Source of the DNA: Clostridia bacterium | Lineage (GTDB): Bacteria > Bacillota > Clostridia > Christensenellales > Aristaeellaceae | Length of the DNA: 38,914 bases | NCBI GenBank assembly: GCA_017460585.1 | Contig: JAFUAR010000373.1 | Span: 1 to 38,914 of the forward strand | Reading direction: 5' to 3' | In this document: positions 23,446-31,609 of the stretch, piece after piece | Numbering within the stretch: position 1 is the first letter of the stretch | Layout: each line of letters opens with the position of its first letter | The notes under the pieces: model-generated | What the model saw: only the letters and a program-made list of their open reading frames with translations | Databases searched by the model: none | Told to the model about the DNA's origin: nothing | Position numbers and translations under genes: made by a program

Positions 23446-26400
23446 ATGAAGCGTGTGTGGATATTATGTCTGGCATTGGCGCTGTTTCTGTTGAGTGCGA
23501 CCGCCTTGGCGGATACGCAGGTGACAGATCTGAGCGGGCTGTTCGGCGGCGCAGGCGCTACGGAAACGCAGACGCTGCAGGCGGACCTGAGCAAGGATCT
23601 GAGCCTTGAATTGTGGGATCTGCCATACGGCGGTCGCTGGATCATTTATTCCGATGATATCCCGCGCTTTGCAGCCAACGGCGGATTGTCCACGGAGATG
23701 AGCACCAGTCAGGAGCTGCATAAGGACAAGATCGATATCTGGGCGGACGAAATGGACGGTCTGGATGAGATCGATCTTGAAGTGAAGCTCAGCCTGAACG
23801 GATACAACAACAATACCCCCGCGATTGTGTGGAAGGGTCATATCGTCAACGACGCCATGGCGGGTCGTAAGACCATTACGCTGGAAGCGATTCGCGTAAG
23901 CAAGCAGGGCGGCGCGGAAATTGTGTTTACAGAACAGGGATTTGCCGAGGGCACGTTTGAATCGAGCGATACCGTTGTAATCGAGCTGGCGCAGGGCGTG
24001 CATTTGGATGAGAGCTCTTTGGGCGCGCCCGTAACGCAAAGTGCGGAGGGCGTGTACGAAATGCCGCTTTCCAATGTATCTTCCGGCGAATATCGCTTTC
24101 AGACGGCGGAAATGGACGCATATGGCGTAAGCTATATGGCGTTTCGCCAGCTCACCATGAGCATAGTTGGCGCTTCGCAGCCGGTAGCGGAAGCGCCAAT
24201 TGTGGAGCAGCCTGCGGAATCTCAGCAAACCGTCGTTTCCGTTTCGCCGGCAGAGGAAGCCACGATTCCGCAAGAAGCGATCGCTCCGGAGACTGACGCG
24301 GCGCAGAGCGCGGCGGATCTTTCCAGCTGGGATTTGAATGCGGGAACGCAGGGCGCTTCCGGTGCAATTTTGGTACAGATCGACCCCGTGAGCGAGGATA
24401 GCGGTGTGATTATTGTGCGCACGGAGGCGTACGCCGAGGTTACGCTCATGCAGGGCGCTGCGGAAATCGATTTGGGCATCGCGGATGGCGAAGGCGTATA
24501 TACGTATAATGTCGCTGAAAACGGGCTGAAGCTGAGCGAGGGTCAGGAGATTCGCGCCCGCGCTTCGGACGGATACGATCGAAGTGAGGAAGCGTCCACA
24601 ACCGTAGGTATGTCGGAACGCGCGTTGATTCGAGTGTCCGTAGACGGCGTGTCCGAAGGGGCGTGCTATAGTCCCGTATTGCAAATCGAGGGCAGCGCAG
24701 ATCCGGATCAAATGATTCGCGTACAGTGGTTCCCAGATGGTTTGACCGCGCCCGAACCTATAGTGGTGCAAGCGGCGGGGAACGGCAGCTTTACCGCGGA
24801 AGTGCGCTTTGACGATGCGCATCCCGCGCTTGAATCGGTGACCGGACACGTGAGCGCGGCATATGCCGACGGGCTCGCCGCCAGCCGTTCGGGCGACAGC
24901 GGTAGTTTCCTATGGGCGCGCGAAGTGCCCGTGCCGCCGGATACGGAGCTGAGCGGACTGCTCGTGCTCCCCGTGACCGAAGACAGCGCTGAAATTGTAG
25001 TGCAAACGGAAGAAAATGCGCACATCGTCATCGCGCAGGATGGTGCGACGCTCGCCGAGGGCGACGCGGATGACAATGGCGATTGGCGTTGGACGCTGCC
25101 GGATGGTTACGCGTTGCCCGCGAAGCAGACGCTTAGCGTGACGGCTACCGACGAGGCGGGCAACAGCGGCAGCGCGGAGGTCGCGGTAGGCGTATCCACC
25201 CGCGAAGCCATCGTGCTGTCCGTGCGCAACGTGGATGGCGCGCAGCATTTGCTGAACCGTGAAACCATGACCGTAGTGGGGCGTTCACAGGAAAACGAGC
25301 CCGTACGCGTGGGCTGGTATACGCCCGAGGGCGTGCTGCTGGCGGAAGAGACCGTGCAGGAAGGCGGAAACTGGAAGGTGGAGCTGGAGGGCGATCTGGA
25401 TACCGACGGAGAGGGCTATGTAGCGGCGGTATACGCCGATGGACGCGCAAAGAGCAAGAGTACGCGTTCGGAATCCTTTACATGGGATCACGCGCTGCCT
25501 ACGCCCGAACCCACCGCGGAGCCCACGCCTGAACCCACCGCGGAACCTACGCCCGAACCTACCGAAGCGCCTACGCCCGAGCCCACCATTCCGCCGGCAA
25601 CGGAAGCGCCCACCGCGGAACCCGAGCCGGAACCCACGGAGGAGCCTGCGCAGGAACCGGATATCGTGGATTTGACGAACGATTCGACGCCTTCGCCGGA
25701 TGCGCCTATTGAAGACGAAGGCTTTATTGAGGAGTGGAAAGAGCGTTTCGAGGATGAACCCATGCTTCTGGTTGGCGCGATTGCCGCTTTGCTGGCGGTA
25801 ATCGGCGGTATTGTCGCTGCAATTGTTCTTTCCGGAAAGAAGCGCAAGGCCGCAAGGCGTAAGCAGGATTTTCTGGTGCGCGCCAGCGAGGATGCGCCGC
25901 GACCGGTGAGCGAACAGTCTGTCAGCCAGACGGTGCGCCAAAATAATCCCGCGGGCGGCGTGCAGGGAACAATAATATCGCCCATAAACGGCGTGACGAA
26001 TGCTGCGCCGCAGCAGACGTTCGTGCCCCAGCCGACCGCGCCCATATCGCATATTCCCACGCCTCCCGCGGGCGGCACGGGAACCACGCGAATCGGGCAG
26101 ATCAATCTGGACCAGACCCGAGAGATTGGCGGAGGCGGCACTGTGCGCCTTGGCACGCAGGCGATTCAAATGAAGTTTGAGGAGCGCAGAGATTTTGCGG
26201 GTGTGCTCAACCACCGCACCGCGCCTTTGGTAGACGGTATGGTGCTGGGGCGCGACGCGGGTTGCGACTTTGTGATTACGGATGAGACCGTGTCGTCCAG
26301 ACACGCGCGCATTACGCGCGAAGGTCCCATGGTATTTGTGGAGGATCTGCATTCGTCCAACGGTACTACGCTGAACGGGCAGGATGTTCTCGCGAAGATG

Positions 26401-26460
26401 GAGCTGCACTCCGGCGACGTGCTGGAGGTTGGCAGAACCGTGTTGAAGGTTCAGTTTTAG
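23446..26460 (+). CDS. Single-pass membrane protein: signal peptide, unknown head, Ig-like A-B-A-B stalk, PT linker, TM and cytoplasmic FHA (1004 aa)
   Basis: MKRVWILCLALALFLLSATALA signal peptide. TM LLVGAIAALLAVIGGIVAAIVLSG (about 25762-25836). FHA MVLGRDAGCDFVITDETVSSRHARI...LHSSNGTTLNG. The C-terminal ~650 aa are colinear with the 20330..23386 product. Confidence 0.88.
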   Translation: MKRVWILCLALALFLLSATALADTQVTDLSGLFGGAGATETQTLQADLSKDLSLELWDLPYGGRWIIYSDDIPRFAANGGLSTEMSTSQELHKDKIDIWADEMDGLDEIDLEVKLSLNGYNNNTPAIVWKGHIVNDAMAGRKTITLEAIRVSKQGGAEIVFTEQGFAEGTFESSDTVVIELAQGVHLDESSLGAPVTQSAEGVYEMPLSNVSSGEYRFQTAEMDAYGVSYMAFRQLTMSIVGASQPVAEAPIVEQPAESQQTVVSVSPAEEATIPQEAIAPETDAAQSAADLSSWDLNAGTQGASGAILVQIDPVSEDSGVIIVRTEAYAEVTLMQGAAEIDLGIADGEGVYTYNVAENGLKLSEGQEIRARASDGYDRSEEASTTVGMSERALIRVSVDGVSEGACYSPVLQIEGSADPDQMIRVQWFPDGLTAPEPIVVQAAGNGSFTAEVRFDDAHPALESVTGHVSAAYADGLAASRSGDSGSFLWAREVPVPPDTELSGLLVLPVTEDSAEIVVQTEENAHIVIAQDGATLAEGDADDNGDWRWTLPDGYALPAKQTLSVTATDEAGNSGSAEVAVGVSTREAIVLSVRNVDGAQHLLNRETMTVVGRSQENEPVRVGWYTPEGVLLAEETVQEGGNWKVELEGDLDTDGEGYVAAVYADGRAKSKSTRSESFTWDHALPTPEPTAEPTPEPTAEPTPEPTEAPTPEPTIPPATEAPTAEPEPEPTEEPAQEPDIVDLTNDSTPSPDAPIEDEGFIEEWKERFEDEPMLLVGAIAALLAVIGGIVAAIVLSGKKRKAARRKQDFLVRASEDAPRPVSEQSVSQTVRQNNPAGGVQGTIISPINGVTNAAPQQTFVPQPTAPISHIPTPPAGGTGTTRIGQINLDQTREIGGGGTVRLGTQAIQMKFEERRDFAGVLNHRTAPLVDGMVLGRDAGCDFVITDETVSSRHARITREGPMVFVEDLHSSNGTTLNGQDVLAKMELHSGDVLEVGRTVLKVQF
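25498..25593 (+). repeat. Four tandem 24-nt repeats encoding (PTPEPTAE)n in the juxtamembrane linker
   Basis: Units at 25498-25521, 25522-25545, 25546-25569 and 25570-25593: cctacgcccgaacccaccgcggag and three close variants. Confidence 0.85.
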
Positions 26461-26540
26461 CGTTTGATCGAAGCATGGAAAGCCGGGGTGGCATCGCTCC
26501 GGCTTTCTATGGAAAATGTACATCGATGGGGGAAACGGGT

Positions 26541-29500
26541 ATGAGGTATGGGCTGAAAGGTTTAGGAATTTTGCTGCTTGCGGTACTGCTGGTTTGCGCG
26601 CCCGCGCTGGGCGAGGAAGCTGCACCGACAAGTGTTCCACTTGCGTCGGTTATAGGCAATATCGAAGCACCAGTACCCGTGAAGCCCCATTATGCCCTCT
26701 ATGATTGGAGCGCCGTGTGCGAATTGTCGGAAGAGCTCTCGCAGGATGCTCCGATTGAATGTGATTTCTCGCAGGATATCCGTTTTGTATTCAACGATAT
26801 ACCGAAAGAATTTGGTATTGAGATAGAAATAGACGGACAGCAGAGGGAACAACTCGAAAGCAGAGAATACACGCTTGCCGTTGGATCTATTCCAACGGAC
26901 AATGTGGTTGTGGCTGTATATCTCGCTGCCTCTGAATGGAGTGAGCCCAAGCCGATTTGGAGGGGCACGCTGCAGAGCGGCGGCGAGATAAAGGATATTC
27001 ATCTGTATTTGCTCTATACCCTGCAGAATGATACCGTACTGGAGGAGAAGGAACCGGTTATAGATGGAAGAATTCCCGTTTCCGCTGAAGCGGAACAGGA
27101 ATCGGTAGAGTTATCCGTGTGGTTGGCAAAAGGGTTGCAACTAGAAGGACCTTTGGCGATCAACTCAGGAAGCGATGGGAACTATACCGTTGTTTGGAAT
27201 AAGAATAATCTGTTCTTTTCACTGTATTCCAACGAGGGCTATGGCGATCAAGACCGCAAATGGGTAGAGCACCGTTACGCATTGGTTGAAGATGGTGAGG
27301 ACAAAATCAGTTCTGAATCCACGATTGCTCCTTCGGATGAATTCACGGATGAACCCAGTGCCTCTCCCGAGCCGCAGGATACGAGCGCGATTGTAGATAC
27401 GGCGTCTCCTTCCCCCGCGCCTACGCCCATACCCGTAGCATTGGAAATTTACTTAAAGGGAAAAGAGAATGCAATTCAGCTGATGCCCTCAATGGATCAG
27501 CGAGTGATCAGCGGAATATATGCGTTGGAGATTCGTACCTCGAGCGATATTGACTGGACACAGGTAAATGTATTGGTTTCAGGCGTTCCGGCAACCATTG
27601 AAGAGATCGACGGCAGCAGAATCGTCGAATTGACTGTGGAACACCATTCCGCAACGGAAATCCAAGTGTTTTATCAAGCCAAACCTCAGGGAACCTATAG
27701 TTTAAAAGGCTATCAGCCAATCCGCATTACGAATAAGGAAGAGGTTACAGAAGAATATCGTCAGGGAAGCAAAAGCGCAGATATTTCGTTTACTATAGAC
27801 GATGGCTATTTGAACGGAAATAAAGATGTCGATATCCGCATTGAAGAGGGATTGGAGGGCGATTTTCTGGTTCCCAAAACCCTCGATAATATGACGCTTA
27901 TTGATTCTGGAAATTATAGCTATACACTGAATATTCCGGAAAGAGTAGAGGGAATCTATACTTTTTCGATTCGATATGTCGCTTCGAGGGAGTACGTCGA
28001 GCCGCGAGAGCAGCTTGAAGGAATTGAGGACGCATCTTCCATTCATCTTACGGTCGATACGAAGGCACCACAGTGCATTGGCGTTCAAATCAACGATACG
28101 GAGATTGATAAATTAAATGAAGCCCTCAAAGCGGAAGTATATGCCAATACGAAACAGGCGGAGGTATCCGTAACCTTCGATGAGTCGGTGGAATTGTATG
28201 TGAACGGCGAAAAGCAGGCGGGTGAAGCCAAAGCGAAGTGGAATATTTCCGTTGATATTCCGCAGGATGGCGCGCCGGTACGAATTTCGGCAAAGGACGG
28301 TTTTGGCAATGAGACCAAAGCGCCTGTGGAAATTGGATTTGATATTATAGACCCAATTGGAAATGTGACGCTAATGGATCAATCGTCCGGAGAGACGCTA
28401 GGCGGCGAATTGCTGGAAGGGAAAAAGGATATTTCGCTCCATATAGAGGGGTCGAAGGGGCATACGCCGGAGGGCAGCTACCATTTTGACGACGAACCGG
28501 AAGAAACCATTAAGCCCGTAAGATCGTCCATAGGCGAGGGGTGGGATGTCTTCATTCCGCTCGAGGGTGTAAGCAATGCGTGTAAGACCCTCACCCTCAC
28601 GCTCGCGGGGGAGGATACGCCCTATAAGTGGATTATCGATTTGGAACCGCCCGAGGCGCAGGTTCAGTCGATTACCGCCGAAGAAGGCGGCAAATCGACT
28701 TACAGTGCGCAGAAGAACGCGCTCACTTGGTTGAGCGGTGAAGCGCTTAGCGTTACGCTGGACAATCCCAAGGGCGATGTTGAGCGCGTCGAGCTGAACA
28801 ATGCGCCGATCTGGGTTCGGGAACAAGGAGGCATTGAGAAGGAATCCTCTTCCCAAATTGAGTTTACCCTAGATGCCGAGCGCGTAAATGGAGCGGAATC
28901 CATTGTCTTTGATCTGTTCGATGAATACAATAATTCCAGCAACACAAAGCCCATCTCTGTACGGGCTTTTGTGCCCGCTCCCATTGAGATTGCCTTGGAA
29001 GAAGACGAACAACAGGTCGCGTTTGGCGGGACAAAGGCTCTCGAACTGAATGGTAGTGCCGAATCCGGTTGGGCGCTGATTGCAAAGCTGGGCGAAGCAG
29101 AGGGAATCTCTATTGCGGTGGATGAAAATGGCGAATGGACGCAGACATTTGAACCGGAGCAGTATCCCGAAAGCGAGACGACGCTGACGCTCTCCTATGA
29201 AAACGGACTGGGAGAGACAAAAGACATTGACGTAACAATTGATCAAACGTGCGAGATTGACTTCCCCGAATCCGTGACCGAAGGGGACGACTTTATCGAA
29301 TTAGAGGCGCTGGAGGACGGCGTTACGGTCATCGTGAAGCTGAATTCTGAAGTTGTATCGCGCTTTGCCGAAGGGGAAGCGGGGGAGGTTCTGCTCACTG
29401 CGGAAGGAAAGAACAAAGTCGAGATCACCCAAAGCGCGAAATTGGGCGATGAATATCTCATCCAAGCGATCGACCAATATGGCAATGAGAAGACGACCGA

Positions 29501-30605
29501 CGAACCCATTCGCGTAGTCGCTAAAGAAGGAGACATTAAGGACTTTGCATTGACTGCCAACGGCAATTCCATAGTAAGCGGAGCGTTCATTCAGTACGAT
29601 GGCGGTCCCATCGCCTTTACGGGCACTCCCAATCCGGAAGGAAGGCTAACCGTGGAAGTGACGAAGGACGGTGCGCAGATCGAAGTATCGGAGCAAACCG
29701 GCGCGTTTGCGCTGGAAAACGCCGAAGACGGCGAATATAGCGTAATGGCGAGGCTCGCGGACTACCAGAATATCCACTCGGAGCCGATCATATTCACCAT
29801 AGACAACACCAAGCCCGTCGTTCAATGCGCCTCCGATATTTCCGACCTCGCGGCGCAGCTCGAGCTTTCCGCCGATGAAGACAGTAAATTCAAAGTGGAA
29901 ATTGATGGAGCGCTCGCGTATGAGAGCGAAGACTTCGAAAACGGAGCGATCGTATCGATCGATTGGGAGAAAGACGTACTTTGGCAGGCGAAGGAGATCG
30001 CCATTATTGCAATGGATCGCGCGGGCAATATTTCCGAAACGAAGAAAGTCGCAATTACGCCCACGGACGCGTACAGAGTATGGCTCGATACCGCGCCGGA
30101 ACGCGTGGAGCAGGGGCAGATGATTACCGTAACGGGTACGCTAGCCTACCGAGGCGCGGATCGACCGACGGTGCAGGCGCAGCTGCTCTCCGCGGAGGAT
30201 AAACCGCTTCGGGACAGCAAGGGCGGCGAGCTTCAACCTGTAGAAGTAGAGTGGGGCGAGGAAGCGCCGGTTAACGAGGCGTCTATTGAAGGAATGCGCG
30301 CCGACCATTTGCAGAAGTTTTCCGCCGCGTTCCGCGCGGAGGACTATCCGAGGGGCGAAGCGAAGGTGCGATTGATCGTGAAAGAGGCGCAGGAGCTCAC
30401 CGATCGGAGCGTGCAAATCGATCTGAACAGCGGAAAGCGCACGCGTTATATCGCCATAATCGCCGCGCTGGGCGTTGCGCTGATCGTAGTGCTGATCGCT
30501 TTGGCAATCGTCAGCAAAAAGATTTCCGCGCTCAAGGACGCGGAGATCGATCGCCGCAGCCGCGCGAGTAACCTGACCATCCGACAGAAGGGCGGTCGCC
30601 CGTAA
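26541..30605 (+). CDS. Large surface protein with signal peptide, repeat-rich ectodomain, C-terminal TM and a 27-aa cytoplasmic tail (1354 aa)
   Basis: Start trimmed to MRYGLKGLGILLLAVLLVCAPALGEE (GGGGGA RBS). TM YIAIIAALGVALIVVLIALAIV, then tail SKKISALKDAEIDRRSRASNLTIRQKGGRP. Visibly lower GC than neighbouring genes. Confidence 0.8.
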   Translation: MRYGLKGLGILLLAVLLVCAPALGEEAAPTSVPLASVIGNIEAPVPVKPHYALYDWSAVCELSEELSQDAPIECDFSQDIRFVFNDIPKEFGIEIEIDGQQREQLESREYTLAVGSIPTDNVVVAVYLAASEWSEPKPIWRGTLQSGGEIKDIHLYLLYTLQNDTVLEEKEPVIDGRIPVSAEAEQESVELSVWLAKGLQLEGPLAINSGSDGNYTVVWNKNNLFFSLYSNEGYGDQDRKWVEHRYALVEDGEDKISSESTIAPSDEFTDEPSASPEPQDTSAIVDTASPSPAPTPIPVALEIYLKGKENAIQLMPSMDQRVISGIYALEIRTSSDIDWTQVNVLVSGVPATIEEIDGSRIVELTVEHHSATEIQVFYQAKPQGTYSLKGYQPIRITNKEEVTEEYRQGSKSADISFTIDDGYLNGNKDVDIRIEEGLEGDFLVPKTLDNMTLIDSGNYSYTLNIPERVEGIYTFSIRYVASREYVEPREQLEGIEDASSIHLTVDTKAPQCIGVQINDTEIDKLNEALKAEVYANTKQAEVSVTFDESVELYVNGEKQAGEAKAKWNISVDIPQDGAPVRISAKDGFGNETKAPVEIGFDIIDPIGNVTLMDQSSGETLGGELLEGKKDISLHIEGSKGHTPEGSYHFDDEPEETIKPVRSSIGEGWDVFIPLEGVSNACKTLTLTLAGEDTPYKWIIDLEPPEAQVQSITAEEGGKSTYSAQKNALTWLSGEALSVTLDNPKGDVERVELNNAPIWVREQGGIEKESSSQIEFTLDAERVNGAESIVFDLFDEYNNSSNTKPISVRAFVPAPIEIALEEDEQQVAFGGTKALELNGSAESGWALIAKLGEAEGISIAVDENGEWTQTFEPEQYPESETTLTLSYENGLGETKDIDVTIDQTCEIDFPESVTEGDDFIELEALEDGVTVIVKLNSEVVSRFAEGEAGEVLLTAEGKNKVEITQSAKLGDEYLIQAIDQYGNEKTTDEPIRVVAKEGDIKDFALTANGNSIVSGAFIQYDGGPIAFTGTPNPEGRLTVEVTKDGAQIEVSEQTGAFALENAEDGEYSVMARLADYQNIHSEPIIFTIDNTKPVVQCASDISDLAAQLELSADEDSKFKVEIDGALAYESEDFENGAIVSIDWEKDVLWQAKEIAIIAMDRAGNISETKKVAITPTDAYRVWLDTAPERVEQGQMITVTGTLAYRGADRPTVQAQLLSAEDKPLRDSKGGELQPVEVEWGEEAPVNEASIEGMRADHLQKFSAAFRAEDYPRGEAKVRLIVKEAQELTDRSVQIDLNSGKRTRYIAIIAALGVALIVVLIALAIVSKKISALKDAEIDRRSRASNLTIRQKGGRP

Positions 30606-30626
30606 ACCGCGCAGAGGGGGAGCATT

Positions 30627-31580
30627 ATGGGTCTGAAAATAGATACCGCCGTATACAGCCATATCGGGCGGCGCAAGAATAACGAGGATAATTTCTTTTT
30701 GGACGGGCTCTATATGGAGCGCGACCAAATGAACAAGGGCGGTCAATACCACGCCGTGAAGAAGGGCGACGAGCAGATCTACGCCGTTTGCGACGGTATG
30801 GGCGGCGCGGAGTTCGGCGAGGAGGCCTCTTTGCGCGCGGTGCAGCGCCTGAAGGAATACAAAGAAAAGTGCCGTCAGCCGGACAACACGGGCAATCTCA
30901 ACCAAATGATTGACGAGGCGTCCCGCTGGATTGACGATATTTCTCTCGCCAAGGGTATGGAGTCCGGCTCGTCCGGCTCTACCATCGCCATGCTCATTAT
31001 GAAGGATTGGTATTTCCGCACGGTGAACGTGGGCGATAGCCGCGTATATCGCCTGCGCGGGGGCTTGCTGGAGCGCATGACCAAGGATGATTCCGAGGTA
31101 CAGCAAATGGTGGATCGCGGCGAGATTACTTTGGATCAGGCTTGGCAGCATCCGCGCAAGAACGTGATCACCCGCCACTTGGGTATGCCCATGGAAGGGG
31201 AGGCGTTGATGCCTTCGGTATCCATGCGCTTGGATTTGAACCAAGGCGACCGCTTTCTGATCTGTTCGGATGGTTTGAGCGATTCGCTGCACGATTCTGT
31301 CATTCGCAGAATTCTTACCGAACAGCATACCCCGCAGGCAACCGCGGCGCAGCTGGTGCGCACGGCGCTTTCGGAAGCGGACAACATGGGCGTGGCATCG
31401 GATAATATTACCGTAATTGTACTGGATGTGCTGGAGGCGGGCGGACAGGATGCGGATGTGAAGCGCATTCGCAAGCTTTCCGCGGCGCGCGCGGGTTTGG
31501 CGGCGGCGAGCGTGCTGCTGGCGGGCGGAATCGGGTACGAGGTATTCCAGCTCATTCAATTTCTGAATAGTTCCTATTGA
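30627..31580 (+). CDS. PP2C (PPM) Ser/Thr phosphatase with C-terminal membrane anchor (317 aa)
   Basis: Motifs GRRKNNEDNF, AVCDGMGGAEFGEEAS, GSTIAM, VNVGDSRVY, ICSDGL and DNITVIVLDV. C-terminal hydrophobic segment GLAAASVLLAGGIGYEVFQLIQFL. GGGGGAG RBS present. Confidence 0.9.
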   Translation: MGLKIDTAVYSHIGRRKNNEDNFFLDGLYMERDQMNKGGQYHAVKKGDEQIYAVCDGMGGAEFGEEASLRAVQRLKEYKEKCRQPDNTGNLNQMIDEASRWIDDISLAKGMESGSSGSTIAMLIMKDWYFRTVNVGDSRVYRLRGGLLERMTKDDSEVQQMVDRGEITLDQAWQHPRKNVITRHLGMPMEGEALMPSVSMRLDLNQGDRFLICSDGLSDSLHDSVIRRILTEQHTPQATAAQLVRTALSEADNMGVASDNITVIVLDVLEAGGQDADVKRIRKLSAARAGLAAASVLLAGGIGYEVFQLIQFLNSSY

Positions 31581-31609
31581 TATAGATGGTTGTGGCATAA
31601 GGAGCAGGC

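Noticed and set aside
23399-26507. Imperfect hairpins in the short gaps at 23399..23425 and 26478..26507 as terminators
   Set aside because: The stems are only 9-10 bp with a mismatch or weak T-tails, and they sit just upstream of RBSs within an apparently continuous operon. They may modulate mRNA stability but are not convincing terminators.
20555-26640. Long minus-strand ORFs 20555..23221 (888 aa), 23464..24849 (461 aa), 25285..26640 (451 aa) and 25488..26156
   Set aside because: They are antisense to the two FHA-receptor genes, which have clear signal peptide, vWA, TM and FHA features. Their Arg-rich repetitive translations mirror the PT linkers on the opposite strand.
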